NCBI GenBank assembly: GCA_963834385.1 | Contig: CAWIBO010000005.1 | Location: 672,001 to 736,000 of the forward strand | Length of the DNA stretch: 64,000 bases | Source: an uncultured Verrucomicrobiae bacterium | Lineage (GTDB): Bacteria > Verrucomicrobiota > Verrucomicrobiia > Chthoniobacterales > UBA10450 | Direction of reading: 5' to 3' | Shown here: positions 47,992 to 57,636 of the stretch, one piece after another | Numbering within the stretch: the stretch's first letter is position 1 | Layout of the letters: every line of letters starts with the position of its first letter | The notes under the pieces: model-generated | Told to the model about the DNA's origin: nothing | Database searches by the model: none | Seen by the model: only the letters and a program-made list of their open reading frames with translations | Made by a program: the position numbers and the translations under genes

Positions 47992-49107
47992 ATGCGTTAC
48001 TTTTTTGTCTTTATCCTCAGCCTCGCCCTCGCCCCGGTCGTTCCCGCCTGGGGACCCGAAGGCCACCGCATCGTCGGGGCAATTGCCGACCAGCGGCTGG
48101 CGGAAACCGAGACCGGACGGCAGGTGGCGCTTCTGCTCGACGGGTTCACCCTGGAAAAAGCGGCGCTGATTCCGGACGAGATCAAGGGCTGGGACAAGGA
48201 TGGGCCGGACAAGCCGGGCATTTTTCACTACACCTCGCGCCCGCGGATCGACGAACAGCTGACGGCATTCTGGAAAGCGAATCCTCCTACGCGCGACCAC
48301 GCCTCGAGCGCCCCCTCCCACCATTGGTTTCACTATACCGATGTGCCGGTTGTTTCCGGTGCGCGCTACGGTGAGGGCAAGGCGGGCCGCAGCCGGTGGG
48401 ACATCGTGCAGACGATGAAATACTGCCTGCGCGTCCTCGAAGGGACCGAACCGGAAGATAACCCCCGCGCCATTACAAAGCCCATCGCCATCATCCTGCT
48501 CGCCCATTTCGTGGGCGACCTCCACCAACCGATGCACGTGGGCGCACAGTTCTACGACCGCCAGGGCCGGCCGGCCGACCCCGACAAGGTCGACGAAACC
48601 TTCCCGAACCACGGGGGGAACACCATCACGCTCTGGCTCGATTCAGACCAGCGCAAGCGGGCCCGGCCCAAGCTGCACAGTTTCTGGGACAGCCAGGCCG
48701 TAACCGCCCTGTTTCCTCCCATGCCCGACGAGATCGAGAAAGAGGAACGCCGTCGGCGGACCGACGAGAATGTCGCGGGATTCGTCGCCCGGGCGGCCGG
48801 GGAGGAACCAGCCGGCTGGAAGATGCCGGGTGACCTCCCCCTTACGGCATGGCCGGAGACGTGGGCCGACGAAGTGCTGCCGTTGGCGCACGAGGCCTAC
48901 GACAGGCTTCGTTTCGGCCGGGTCACTCCCCGAGAGATCAAGGGGGAAATGTCTGCTTCCGGGCGCGCTTACGAGGCGAAAATGCCCGACGGGATCGGGT
49001 ATCTCGACTGGGCTTCCACGGTGGCCCGGCGTCAGGTGCACCTGGCGGGGTGGCGCCTGGCCGACCTCCTCGAGAACGCGCTCGCGGCGCCGTCGGCTGG
49101 GAAGTGA
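47992..49107 (+). CDS. secreted S1/P1 nuclease
   Basis: Signal peptide, then WGPEGH, HFVGDLHQPMH and LHSFWD zinc ligands. Confidence 0.9.
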   Translation: MRYFFVFILSLALAPVVPAWGPEGHRIVGAIADQRLAETETGRQVALLLDGFTLEKAALIPDEIKGWDKDGPDKPGIFHYTSRPRIDEQLTAFWKANPPTRDHASSAPSHHWFHYTDVPVVSGARYGEGKAGRSRWDIVQTMKYCLRVLEGTEPEDNPRAITKPIAIILLAHFVGDLHQPMHVGAQFYDRQGRPADPDKVDETFPNHGGNTITLWLDSDQRKRARPKLHSFWDSQAVTALFPPMPDEIEKEERRRRTDENVAGFVARAAGEEPAGWKMPGDLPLTAWPETWADEVLPLAHEAYDRLRFGRVTPREIKGEMSASGRAYEAKMPDGIGYLDWASTVARRQVHLAGWRLADLLENALAAPSAGK

Positions 49108-49145
49108 AGCCTTGCGCGCGCCGCTCCCGGCGTGGAAATTCCGGT

Positions 49146-49529
49146 ATGAAACGTCTCGCGCTCTTCCTCCTGCTCGCGCTGGGCGCGGTGGCGGCCTCAC
49201 CTACCCCGAAACCCGCTCCGGCCGCTACACCCGATTTCACCGCCACCTCCGACTCGAAGTGGGGGGTGTATCCGATCGGTTACAAGCAGATCATCACAGA
49301 GTGGCTCGAGAACAAGCTGATTGATCCGCAGAGCGCCGCGATCGAGTTCCTGACTGAGCCCCGGAAAGCCGGTCTCACGGGCAAAGGTGACGCCAAACTC
49401 TTCGGCTACTACGTGGAGCTCCGGGTCAACGCCCGGAACAAGTTCGGCGCCCCCACCGGCTGGCAAAAGCGATGGGTCCTGATCCGCAACGGCGGCATCC
49501 TGAAAGACGGAACCGGCTCCGGGTCGTGA
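49146..49529 (+). CDS. exported hypothetical protein
   Basis: Signal peptide MKRLALFLLLALGAVAA; LIDPQSA and VNARNKFG motifs. Confidence 0.72.
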   Translation: MKRLALFLLLALGAVAASPTPKPAPAATPDFTATSDSKWGVYPIGYKQIITEWLENKLIDPQSAAIEFLTEPRKAGLTGKGDAKLFGYYVELRVNARNKFGAPTGWQKRWVLIRNGGILKDGTGSGS

Positions 49530-49543
49530 AACCCGGAGCCGGT
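49512..49543. terminator. 13-bp perfect hairpin between convergent genes (candidate terminator)
   Basis: ACCGGCTCCGGGT-CGTGAA-ACCCGGAGCCGGT; no clear U-tract. Confidence 0.5.
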
Positions 49544-49594
49544 CCTGTGATCACCTTATGAACTGAGCCGGGAAACAGCCCGGCGCAGCGAAAA

Positions 49595-49918
49595 TCAGCT
49601 CTGTTTCTTTTCCTTGGCGGAAGCTTCGCAATGCGCCTTGAACTTGGCGTATTGCTCGGCCGAAAGGATGTCCTTCGCGCCTGCCTGGAATTTCTCCATG
49701 CTCTCCTTGGAGCAGCCGGCCTTGGCGCAGTCGGCTTCGAGGTTCTTCAGCTTCGTTTCCTGCTCGGCGGAAAGGTTCAGCTGGGCATAGCTCATGCCGA
49801 CCTTGGTTTCGTTCGAGGCCGTCTTCATGCAGCAGCCGGCTTTGTCCCCGGCATAGAGGGAAACGGAGGCGGAGGCGACCAGGGTCGCGGTTAAAAAGGC
49901 AAGGGCTTTGGTCTTCAT
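49595..49918 (-). CDS. small exported Cys-containing protein with two LTXXQ-like motifs (Spy/CpxP-like)
   Basis: Signal peptide MKTKALAFL..SLYA; LNLSAEQ and ILSAEQ; 5 Cys. Confidence 0.72.
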   Translation of the reverse strand: MKTKALAFLTATLVASASVSLYAGDKAGCCMKTASNETKVGMSYAQLNLSAEQETKLKNLEADCAKAGCSKESMEKFQAGAKDILSAEQYAKFKAHCEASAKEKKQS

Positions 49919-50008
49919 CGTGCGGGGTGAGACAAGGCGCCGGGCGGGACCGTTCAAAAAAATGACCGGTTCGCCAGGGCCCGCTTCCTCATTATCTTCC
50001 CGCCCGCC

Positions 50009-51136
50009 ATGTTCGAGCTCCTTTGCACCGATCCTTCCTCGCGCGCCCGGCGCGGCCGGTTGCAGACAAACCATGGCCCGATCGAGACGCCCGCCTTCAT
50101 GCCGGTCGGCACCCAGGGAACGGTGAAGGCCGTCACCCCGGCTGAGCTGAGGGCCTTGCGGGCCCAGATCATCCTGGGCAACACCTATCACCTCTTTGTC
50201 CGGCCCGGCCTCGAGGTCATCCGGCATTTCGGCGGTCTCCACCGCTTCATGAACTGGTCGGGCCCGATCCTGACTGACAGCGGCGGTTACCAGATTTTCT
50301 CCCTCGCCAAATTGCGCCGGATCACGCCGGAGGGGGCGCATTTCCAGAACCATCTCGACGGCAGCCCGGCTTTTATCTCGCCCGAGATCGCGATGGAGAT
50401 CCAGCAGACCCTCGGGAGCGATATCGCCATGGTCCTGGATGAATGCCCGCCCTGGCCCTGTGCCCGCGACGAGGCCGCCCGCAGCCTCGAGCTCACCCTC
50501 GGGTGGGCCCGCCGGTGCCGTGACGCCCATGGGCCGGCCGCCGGGCGCGGCCTCCTCTTTGGGATCGTCCAGGGAGCGACCTACGCCGATCTGCGCCGGC
50601 AGGCCGCCGAGGCCCTGGTGGAGATCGGCTTCGACGGCTACGCCATCGGCGGGGTCAGCGTCGGCGAACCGGAAGAGGAAATGATGAAGGCGGTGGAGGC
50701 GAGCGTGCCTTTCCTGCCGGCCGACCGCCCCCGCTATGCCATGGGGCTCGGCACCCCGCCGCAGATGATCGAGATGGTGGCGCGCGGGGTCGACCTGTTT
50801 GATTGCGTCCTGCCGACGCGCCTGGCGCGCAACGGCACCGCCTTCACCGCGGCCGGGACGCTGAATCTCAAGAACGCGGAGTTTACCCTCGACCGGGGAC
50901 CGATCGAGGAAGGCTGCGCCTGCCCGGCCTGCGCGGAGTTCAGCCGCGGTTACCTTCGCCACCTGCTCAAGGCGGAGGAAATTCTCGGGCTTCGCCTGGT
51001 CACCCTGCACAACCTCCACTTTTATCTGCATCTCATGACCCGCGCGCGGCAGGCGCTGGATGAAGGCACCTTCGCCGCCTTTCGCGACCGCGTGGTTTCG
51101 GGTTATCGGGTGCGCGGCGAATCGGCCGGCGCCTGA
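50009..51136 (+). CDS. tgt: queuine tRNA-ribosyltransferase
   Basis: TPAFMPVGT, NTYHL, DSGGYQ, FDCVLPTR and CxCxxC..H zinc site. Confidence 0.97.
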   Translation: MFELLCTDPSSRARRGRLQTNHGPIETPAFMPVGTQGTVKAVTPAELRALRAQIILGNTYHLFVRPGLEVIRHFGGLHRFMNWSGPILTDSGGYQIFSLAKLRRITPEGAHFQNHLDGSPAFISPEIAMEIQQTLGSDIAMVLDECPPWPCARDEAARSLELTLGWARRCRDAHGPAAGRGLLFGIVQGATYADLRRQAAEALVEIGFDGYAIGGVSVGEPEEEMMKAVEASVPFLPADRPRYAMGLGTPPQMIEMVARGVDLFDCVLPTRLARNGTAFTAAGTLNLKNAEFTLDRGPIEEGCACPACAEFSRGYLRHLLKAEEILGLRLVTLHNLHFYLHLMTRARQALDEGTFAAFRDRVVSGYRVRGESAGA

Positions 51137-51240
51137 GCGCGCCCTTGCCAAGAGCCCTACTCTATGCTCAATAGAAACCTCGTTTCGGCAGGCGCACCGT
51201 GAGCAAACGCGGGCCCATCTCCGCGAACGAACCCTTTCTC

Positions 51241-51561
51241 ATGCTACCGATTTTTCTCGCGCAGACGGCGACGCCGGCTTCCCCCAGCCCCTTCACGTCG
51301 TTCATCCCGCTCATCCTCATCTTCATCATCATGTACTTCCTGCTCTTTCGGCCGCAGATTAAGCGGCAGAAGGAACAGCAACGCCTGGTGGCCGCGGTCA
51401 AGACCGGCGACCGCGTGGTCACCAGCTCCGGCATTCACGGCATCATCAGCAATGTGAAGGAGACCACCTTCACCGTGAAGATTGCCGATAACGTGAAGAT
51501 CGAGATCGAGAAAAACGCCGTCACCAGCGTCCTCAAGCCGGCCGAGCCGGCCAAAGCCTGA
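51241..51561 (+). CDS. yajC: preprotein translocase subunit YajC
   Basis: TM helix, RPQ and GDRVVTSSGIHG motifs; tgt-yajC-secD gene order. Confidence 0.94.
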   Translation: MLPIFLAQTATPASPSPFTSFIPLILIFIIMYFLLFRPQIKRQKEQQRLVAAVKTGDRVVTSSGIHGIISNVKETTFTVKIADNVKIEIEKNAVTSVLKPAEPAKA

Positions 51562-51587
51562 GCCTCGCTCCACCCGGTCCCTTCTCC

Positions 51588-53936
51588 ATGAGCCCCACCC
51601 TTACCTTTTTCGTCGGCCTTCTCCTCCTCATCCTCTTTGGCTGGTACTTCGCGACCGACCAGGGCCTGCGCAAGCATATCCTCGCTTCCGTCCTGATGCT
51701 GCTGCTCGTCGGCTTCAGTCTCGTCACCATCTATCCGCCGGAGAAGAAGATCGCCCTCGGCCTCGATATCAAGGGAGGGACGTCGTTCCTTATCCGCCTT
51801 GTCTCCGCCGACGGCCAGGTGGCCAGGGAAATCATCGACGAAGCGGTCGAGGTCATCCGCAAACGCGTTGATTACTTCGGCGGCGGCGAACCGGTCATCA
51901 GCCCGGTCGGAACCGACCGCATCCTGGTGCAGATCCCCGGCCTTGGCGCCGGCCGCATCCAGGAGGCGCGCGACCAGCTCTCGCGCGTGGCCAAGCTCGA
52001 ATTTCGCCTGGTCTATCCCGATAACGGGGAAAAACTCGCCGCGATCGACTCCGGCCAGGATGTCATCCCGCCGGATTACCGCGTCGAGACCTACCAAATG
52101 CGCCCGGCCACCGAGGGCGGCACTCCCCGCGAGGAACGTCTCCTCGTGAAGAAGAAGGCCGATCTCGGCGGTGACCGCGTGGCCGCGTCCAGCGCCTACT
52201 ACGGCAACGAGGGCTGGACGGTCCAGCTCAAGTTCGACAGTGAGGGCGCCAAACAATTCGGCAAAATCACCGAGCAATTCAAAGGCTACCGCTTTGCCAT
52301 CGACCTCGACGGCGTCATCCAGTCGGCCCCATCCATCCGCGAACCGATCTACGGAGGCGAGGCCGTCATCACCGGCAGCTTCCAGGAAACCGAGGCGCGC
52401 AGCCTGGCCAGCGTCCTGGAAAATCCGCTCCAGACCCCGGTCAGCATCGAGGAGGAACGGAGCGTTTCCCCCACCCTCGGCGCCGATTCGGTCCGGAGCA
52501 GCGTCCTGGCCGGCCTGGTGGGCCTGCTCATCACCATGATCGCGGTGGCCGTTTATTACCGGCTGCTCGGGCTCATCGCGAACCTTGCCCTCATCATCAA
52601 CCTGATCATGCTCATCGGCGCGCTCACGATGTTTAACTTCGTCCTGACGCTCCCGGGCATCGCCGGCATCATCCTCACCATCGGCATGGCGGTCGACGCC
52701 AACGTCCTCATCTACGAGCGTCTGCGCGAGGAAATGGCCCTCGGGAAATCGCTGCGCACCGCCATGGAAGCGGGCTACGACAAGGCGTTCTCCTCCATCT
52801 TGGATGCGAACGTCACCACCCTGATCACGGCCGTCATCCTCTTCTGGCAGGCCACCGGGCCGGTCAAGGGTTTCGCCATCTCGCTGACCCTCGGCATCAT
52901 CGCTTCCATGTTTGCCGTCCTGATTGTCGGCCGCAACGCCACCGGCTGGCTGATCGAGACGAACACGGTGAAAAAGGTCTCGATGATGAGCCTGATCCCG
53001 CCGCTGAACATCGATTTCCTCAAGCGCGGACTTCTCGCCACCATTCTCTCCCTCCTCGTCCTCGGGGCGGGCGCCACCGTCTTTACCATGCGCGGCGAGA
53101 AAAACTTCGGCGTCGATTTCCGCGGGGGCGACCTCCTCACCCTCAGCACGGAGCAACCGGTCGCCGTGGCTGACGTCCGCCGCGCTCTCGAGCCGCTCCA
53201 GCTCGCCGACGCCACCATCCAGAAATCGGAGCAGGCCGGCCGCAGCTATCTTTCCATCCGCAGCCCGCTCAACACGAGCGATGCCATCAAAACCCGCATT
53301 GGCGAGGCACTGCCCCAGGCGGGGCTGAAAACCGAGGGATCGGAGCGGGTCGGGGCGCTCGTCGGCGGCGAGCTCGCCCGCAAATCGCTCATGGCCCTCG
53401 GCCTCGGCCTCATCGGCATTCTGATCTACGTCACCTTCCGCTTCGAGCTCTCCTTCGCCATCGGCGCCATCGTGGCCGTGCTGCACGATGTCCTCATGAC
53501 CGTGGGCATCTTCGCTCTGCTCGGCCGCGAGCTCAGCCTGACCCTTGTCGGCGCCATTCTCACCATCGCCGGCTATTCGATCAACGACACCATTGTCGTC
53601 TTTGACCGCATCCGCGAGGGGCTCGCCAGTGGGCGCAAGGGGACCATTGAGCAGATCATGAACGAGAGCATCAACCAGACGATCAGCCGCACCGTCCTCA
53701 CCGGCGGCGCCACCCTCATCCCGATCTTCTGCCTCTTTCTCTTTGGCGGCACGGTCCTGCGCGATTTCGCCCTCGCCATCCTCATCGGCGTCCTCGTCGG
53801 CACCTATTCCTCGATCTTCATCGCCTCACCCATCGTGCTCTGGTGGACCCGCGCACGCGGTCGCTCGACCAGTTCGCTCCGGCGCGAGGTCATTGAGACC
53901 ACCGCTGCGACCAAAAATCCCCGTCCCACCAGCTAA
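51588..53936 (+). CDS. secDF: fused protein translocase subunit SecDF
   Basis: LGLDIKGG, GMAVDANVLIYER, DANVTT, GVDFRGG and GYSINDTIVVFDRIRE motifs. Confidence 0.96.
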   Translation: MSPTLTFFVGLLLLILFGWYFATDQGLRKHILASVLMLLLVGFSLVTIYPPEKKIALGLDIKGGTSFLIRLVSADGQVAREIIDEAVEVIRKRVDYFGGGEPVISPVGTDRILVQIPGLGAGRIQEARDQLSRVAKLEFRLVYPDNGEKLAAIDSGQDVIPPDYRVETYQMRPATEGGTPREERLLVKKKADLGGDRVAASSAYYGNEGWTVQLKFDSEGAKQFGKITEQFKGYRFAIDLDGVIQSAPSIREPIYGGEAVITGSFQETEARSLASVLENPLQTPVSIEEERSVSPTLGADSVRSSVLAGLVGLLITMIAVAVYYRLLGLIANLALIINLIMLIGALTMFNFVLTLPGIAGIILTIGMAVDANVLIYERLREEMALGKSLRTAMEAGYDKAFSSILDANVTTLITAVILFWQATGPVKGFAISLTLGIIASMFAVLIVGRNATGWLIETNTVKKVSMMSLIPPLNIDFLKRGLLATILSLLVLGAGATVFTMRGEKNFGVDFRGGDLLTLSTEQPVAVADVRRALEPLQLADATIQKSEQAGRSYLSIRSPLNTSDAIKTRIGEALPQAGLKTEGSERVGALVGGELARKSLMALGLGLIGILIYVTFRFELSFAIGAIVAVLHDVLMTVGIFALLGRELSLTLVGAILTIAGYSINDTIVVFDRIREGLASGRKGTIEQIMNESINQTISRTVLTGGATLIPIFCLFLFGGTVLRDFALAILIGVLVGTYSSIFIASPIVLWWTRARGRSTSSLRREVIETTAATKNPRPTS

Positions 53937-53958
53937 AAACGGCCCCAAAAGGGCGCAT

Positions 53959-53987
53959 TTGACACCACCTCGGGCGACGACTACGAT
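53959..53987 (+). promoter_or_regulatory. sigma70-type promoter of rpsU
   Basis: TTGACA, 17-nt spacer, TACGAT; GAGGTG Shine-Dalgarno before ATG 54032. Confidence 0.75.
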
Positions 53988-54031
53988 TTGCGCCGCCCGT
54001 AGGGGCAATTTTACAGGATCGAGGTGAAATA

Positions 54032-54229
54032 ATGCCAGAAGTCATCGTACGAAAAGGGGAACCGGTTGACCGGGCTCTGAAGCGACTGAAAAACAAGCTC
54101 GACGCCGAGGGAATCCTTGAGGAGGTCCGACGGCTCCGCGCCTTTGAGACGCCATCGCAAAAGACCCGGCGGAAGGCCAAGGCCAACGCCAAGCGCGGCC
54201 GGACAAAGTTCCGCTTTAACCCCTCCTAG
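54032..54229 (+). CDS. rpsU: 30S ribosomal protein S21
   Basis: V.VRKGEPVDRALKRLK..EG..E..R...FETPS motif; basic 65-aa protein. Confidence 0.93.
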   Translation: MPEVIVRKGEPVDRALKRLKNKLDAEGILEEVRRLRAFETPSQKTRRKAKANAKRGRTKFRFNPS

Positions 54230-54245
54230 AGAGAGACTTAGCTTT

Positions 54246-54286
54246 AACGCGACTTTGCCGACAGTGCCGGCGAAGTCGCGTTTTTT
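54246..54286 (+). terminator. intrinsic terminator after rpsU
   Basis: AACGCGACTTTGCCG-ACAGTGC-CGGCGAAGTCGCGTT hairpin followed by a T run. Confidence 0.85.
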
Positions 54287-54307
54287 GCTTGGTCCCCGGC
54301 AGACGGC

Positions 54308-55948
54308 TTAGCCGCCCAGGCTCTCGCATTCGCACACGACCCGGAACCCAAGGTCGTTGCACGAATAGCTCGGGATATTGCACGCGCGGGTGGTCGCCCG
54401 CAGGCTGCTAAAGCGCGATTTCCAGCTTCCCCCGCGGTAAACCCGCTTCTGCCCACTCGGGGCTCCCCGCGGATTCACCCGGGTGCCGCCCCGGTACATT
54501 TCGAAATAGTCCAGGCACCATTCCCAGACGTTTCCGGCCATGTCCTGCATGCCGAAAGGGCTCGCGCCCAACGGGTAAGCGCCCACGGGTGAGCTTTCGC
54601 TGAACCCGTCGTCGATTTCCCGGTCGCTCCAGGCGAAAACCGTGTTCCGGTCGGCAAAATTGGCCAGATCCCCCCGGCGTTCCAGGCTTCCCCAGGGAAA
54701 CTTGCGCCCGTCCAGCCCGCGCGCGGCATATTCCCACTCGGCCTCGCTGGGCAGCCGGTAACGCCGGCGCTCACGCGTGCTGAGCCATTGGCAAAATTTC
54801 ATCGCGTCGAGGCTGCTCACATAGAGCACCGGGTGCTGGTCGCCCGCCCCGGGGGCCCGTTTGCGGCTGTGGCTGGGATCGAATTCCTCATACTGGGCAT
54901 TCGTCACGGGATGGCACGACATGTAAAAGCGGCTCACCAGCACTTTGGTCAGCGGCTTTTCGTTCGGCGGAGAATCAGGCGCCTCCGAGCCCATGGTGAA
55001 CTCCCCGCTGGGGACAAAAAGCATCTGCGCCCCCGCGGTGTTCACGAACGGGGTAAAATTGCCCACCTCGGTGGCGGCATCCATCACCGACTCCTTCACC
55101 TCCACAGCCGGCGCCGGGGAAGCGGTGGCCGACGTCGCGGCGTGTCCCGGAGACTCCGGCAAATAGGACGGGTCGGTCAGCCGGTCGGCTTCCTCCAGGT
55201 AGGCGTCAACCAGGCCCTCAGCCTCGTCCACGTCGATCCCGAGGTTCTCGGCCATGTTCACAAAGGCGTCCCGTTGATCGTCGGTCATCGCATCGCTGTC
55301 GAGACCGCTCAATCGCAGCATGCGCATGAAATCTTCCGTCGGCCCGAGGGAATTCGAACGGCGGACACGGGCCGGGGCGGGCGCGGGAGGATCGACCGGA
55401 ACCGGCGCCGCCGCCACCGGGGCGGGCGCGCTCACGCGCACGGCGTTGCTGTCGCGCAGCTCCGCCTCGATGTAGCGCGCCATTTCCTCCAGACTCAGGC
55501 CCTGTTGCTGGCCGAAATTGAGCAGGTTCTGCTCTTCATCCGCCGTCAGCCGGCCATCCCCGAGGGCAAAGGTCAGATACTTGTGGAACTCGATCACGGA
55601 TTCTTCGTGCAACTGGGCCGCAATCTCCGCATCGACCCGCTGGCGCCGGGCCGGGTCCAGCAGTTCGAGCCTCGCCTGGGCCAGGTAACGCGGCGATTCG
55701 TCCAGGCCGGACCGGAGCATTTGCGCGATCGGGTTGCTCGGCTGGTTTTTCAACGGCAGCTTCTTCTGCCACCACCGCAGGAGCGCGCGGCAATGTTCCT
55801 CGATCAGCTCGTTGCTCGGTTTGGTCGAGGGATCAAGGCAGAGGCGCTCGTAATAGTTCGGCGACTTGTACTTGCTCCAGCCGTCCCATTTGTTGGGATC
55901 GTCCGGGAGCGGCGCCGGGAACGAGACGTTCGAGTTGACCATCACCAT
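54308..55948 (-). CDS. degenerate J-domain + helical repeats + FGE/SUMF1-like domain protein
   Basis: NYYERLCL..LLDPARRQRVD J-like fold without HPD; FTMGS, PVTNAQY, RLPSEAEWEYAARG, DMAGNVWEW, RGGSW and GFRV motifs. Confidence 0.85.
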   Translation of the reverse strand: MVMVNSNVSFPAPLPDDPNKWDGWSKYKSPNYYERLCLDPSTKPSNELIEEHCRALLRWWQKKLPLKNQPSNPIAQMLRSGLDESPRYLAQARLELLDPARRQRVDAEIAAQLHEESVIEFHKYLTFALGDGRLTADEEQNLLNFGQQQGLSLEEMARYIEAELRDSNAVRVSAPAPVAAAPVPVDPPAPAPARVRRSNSLGPTEDFMRMLRLSGLDSDAMTDDQRDAFVNMAENLGIDVDEAEGLVDAYLEEADRLTDPSYLPESPGHAATSATASPAPAVEVKESVMDAATEVGNFTPFVNTAGAQMLFVPSGEFTMGSEAPDSPPNEKPLTKVLVSRFYMSCHPVTNAQYEEFDPSHSRKRAPGAGDQHPVLYVSSLDAMKFCQWLSTRERRRYRLPSEAEWEYAARGLDGRKFPWGSLERRGDLANFADRNTVFAWSDREIDDGFSESSPVGAYPLGASPFGMQDMAGNVWEWCLDYFEMYRGGTRVNPRGAPSGQKRVYRGGSWKSRFSSLRATTRACNIPSYSCNDLGFRVVCECESLGG

Positions 55949-57510
55949 TACGCGATGCGAAGCCCGTTCAGGTCTGATTTCGCCTGCTCAAATTCCTGCG
56001 GCGTCAGGCCGGTGTTCCGTTCAATGCTGACGCGGGTGGTGTTTCCGCAGGCCTCGACCGAGACCTCCAGGACCTGGTTGGCGTTGTATTCGTAGGTCAG
56101 TTCCACCGGCGAACCCTTGGGAAGGAAACCGGGCAGCTCGATCTCGCAGGTGCCGAGCGGGGTGCACTCGAACGGGACGGTGCTCTCGCCTTCCACCACG
56201 CGCACGACCGCGCGTTCCATGTTCGCCGTGGCCGTGCCAAAGGCGTTGCGGGCCGTGGCCGGGACGGCGGACATCTTGCGGATCATGGGAAAAACGTATT
56301 CCTCGAGATGACTTTCGTCCCAGAGGACGACCCCCAGGGTGTGCGAGGTGATGTTCGCCACCTGGATCAGTTTTCCTTCGCGCGAGGAAAACTGGTCGCG
56401 CATGTCGGCCGACAAAATCTTCTCACCGGAATCATCCTCCTCGCCCAGCAGGGAAAGCACGGCCTGGATGGAGGCCCCGATCGCGACGGCTTCGTCCGGG
56501 TTCACCTCGTCACTCACGGGCACGCCGGAAAGTTCCACGATCATTTCGCGCACCATCGGCATGCGGGTCATGCCGCCGACGAGGAGAACTTTGTCGATCT
56601 CGCTCCATTTCATCCCGGCCTCCTGCATCACCATTTCACAGATGGTCTTGCAGCGCTCGACCAGGTGCTGGGTGCGCTTCTCGAATTCTTCCCGGCTCAG
56701 CTCCACCTTGACGCTCTTGCCGTTGTGATGGTGCACGAGGGTCGTGCCCGGCCGGCTCGAAAGCTGAATCTTGGCCGAAAGGGCCCGCGTGTGCAGGTCC
56801 TGGTAACTGTGCAGGTCCAGCAGCGGATTCTCCCCGTGCGCGCGGTCAAACTCTTCCGCGATGTGGTTCACGATAACGTCATCCCAATCCTTGCCGCCGA
56901 GCCGGTGATCGCCATTGGTCGCGAGCACGGCCAGGTTATGGTCCTGGATCCGCATGATCGTGACGTCAAAGGTGCCGCCGCCGAGGTCGAAGACGAAAAC
57001 GGTCTGGTTGGAATCGAGCTTGTCGAGGCCGTAGGCCAGGGCGGCCGCGGTCGGCTCGTTGATGATGCGCAGGACGTTGAAGCCGGCGAGCTGGCCGGCG
57101 GTGATGGTGGCGGTGCGCTCGGCGTCGTTGAAATAGGCCGGCACGGTGATGACCGCGTCGGTGATCGGTTCCTGCAGATATTTTTCAGCGTCGTTCTTGA
57201 GCTTTTTCAGGATCAGGGCGGAAAGCTCCTCCGCGGCATAAACGCGCCCGTTGAAATCGCGGTTGAACTGCTCCTTCGGTTTGCCCATCTCCCGCTTCAC
57301 GAAATCGACGATCTGCCCCGGCTCGGCCACGGCGCTGTTCTTGGCCACCGTGCCGACGATCACGCCTTCCTCCTCGAAAAGAATGACGGAGGGGGTGATC
57401 CGCTCGCTCTCGCTGTTCGGGATGATTTGCGGTTTGCCGTAGGCGTCAATGTGCGCCACGGCGGAGAAGGTCGTGCCCAGGTCAATGCCAACTGCTTTGC
57501 GTTTGCTCAT
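55948..57510 (-). CDS. Hsp70 family protein (DnaK paralogue lacking the C-terminal lid)
   Basis: GIDLGTT, TVPAYF, NEPTAAA, DLGGGTFD, VGGMTRMP and NPDEAVA motifs; 520 aa. Confidence 0.93.
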   Translation of the reverse strand: MSKRKAVGIDLGTTFSAVAHIDAYGKPQIIPNSESERITPSVILFEEEGVIVGTVAKNSAVAEPGQIVDFVKREMGKPKEQFNRDFNGRVYAAEELSALILKKLKNDAEKYLQEPITDAVITVPAYFNDAERTATITAGQLAGFNVLRIINEPTAAALAYGLDKLDSNQTVFVFDLGGGTFDVTIMRIQDHNLAVLATNGDHRLGGKDWDDVIVNHIAEEFDRAHGENPLLDLHSYQDLHTRALSAKIQLSSRPGTTLVHHHNGKSVKVELSREEFEKRTQHLVERCKTICEMVMQEAGMKWSEIDKVLLVGGMTRMPMVREMIVELSGVPVSDEVNPDEAVAIGASIQAVLSLLGEEDDSGEKILSADMRDQFSSREGKLIQVANITSHTLGVVLWDESHLEEYVFPMIRKMSAVPATARNAFGTATANMERAVVRVVEGESTVPFECTPLGTCEIELPGFLPKGSPVELTYEYNANQVLEVSVEACGNTTRVSIERNTGLTPQEFEQAKSDLNGLRIA

Positions 57511-57636
57511 GTCTCGAAAAAAGAGGAGGCGCTCTTCGCCCCTCGCTCCCTCTGGGAAGGAATGCAGTTTCCATGCCCCGCGCGGACAAGAACGGCGGCG
57601 CTTGCCCCGGCCGCCGAAATGACCCCGGCCCGCCCC

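Noticed and set aside
51588..53936. SecD-SecF fusion (and the CobA-HemD fusion at 58334..59851) as novelties
   Set aside because: Both fusions are common and well described in bacteria.
54308..54480. Diversity-generating retroelement target (FGE-type C-terminal variable region)
   Set aside because: No template repeat or reverse transcriptase was seen in the window; a remote element cannot be excluded.
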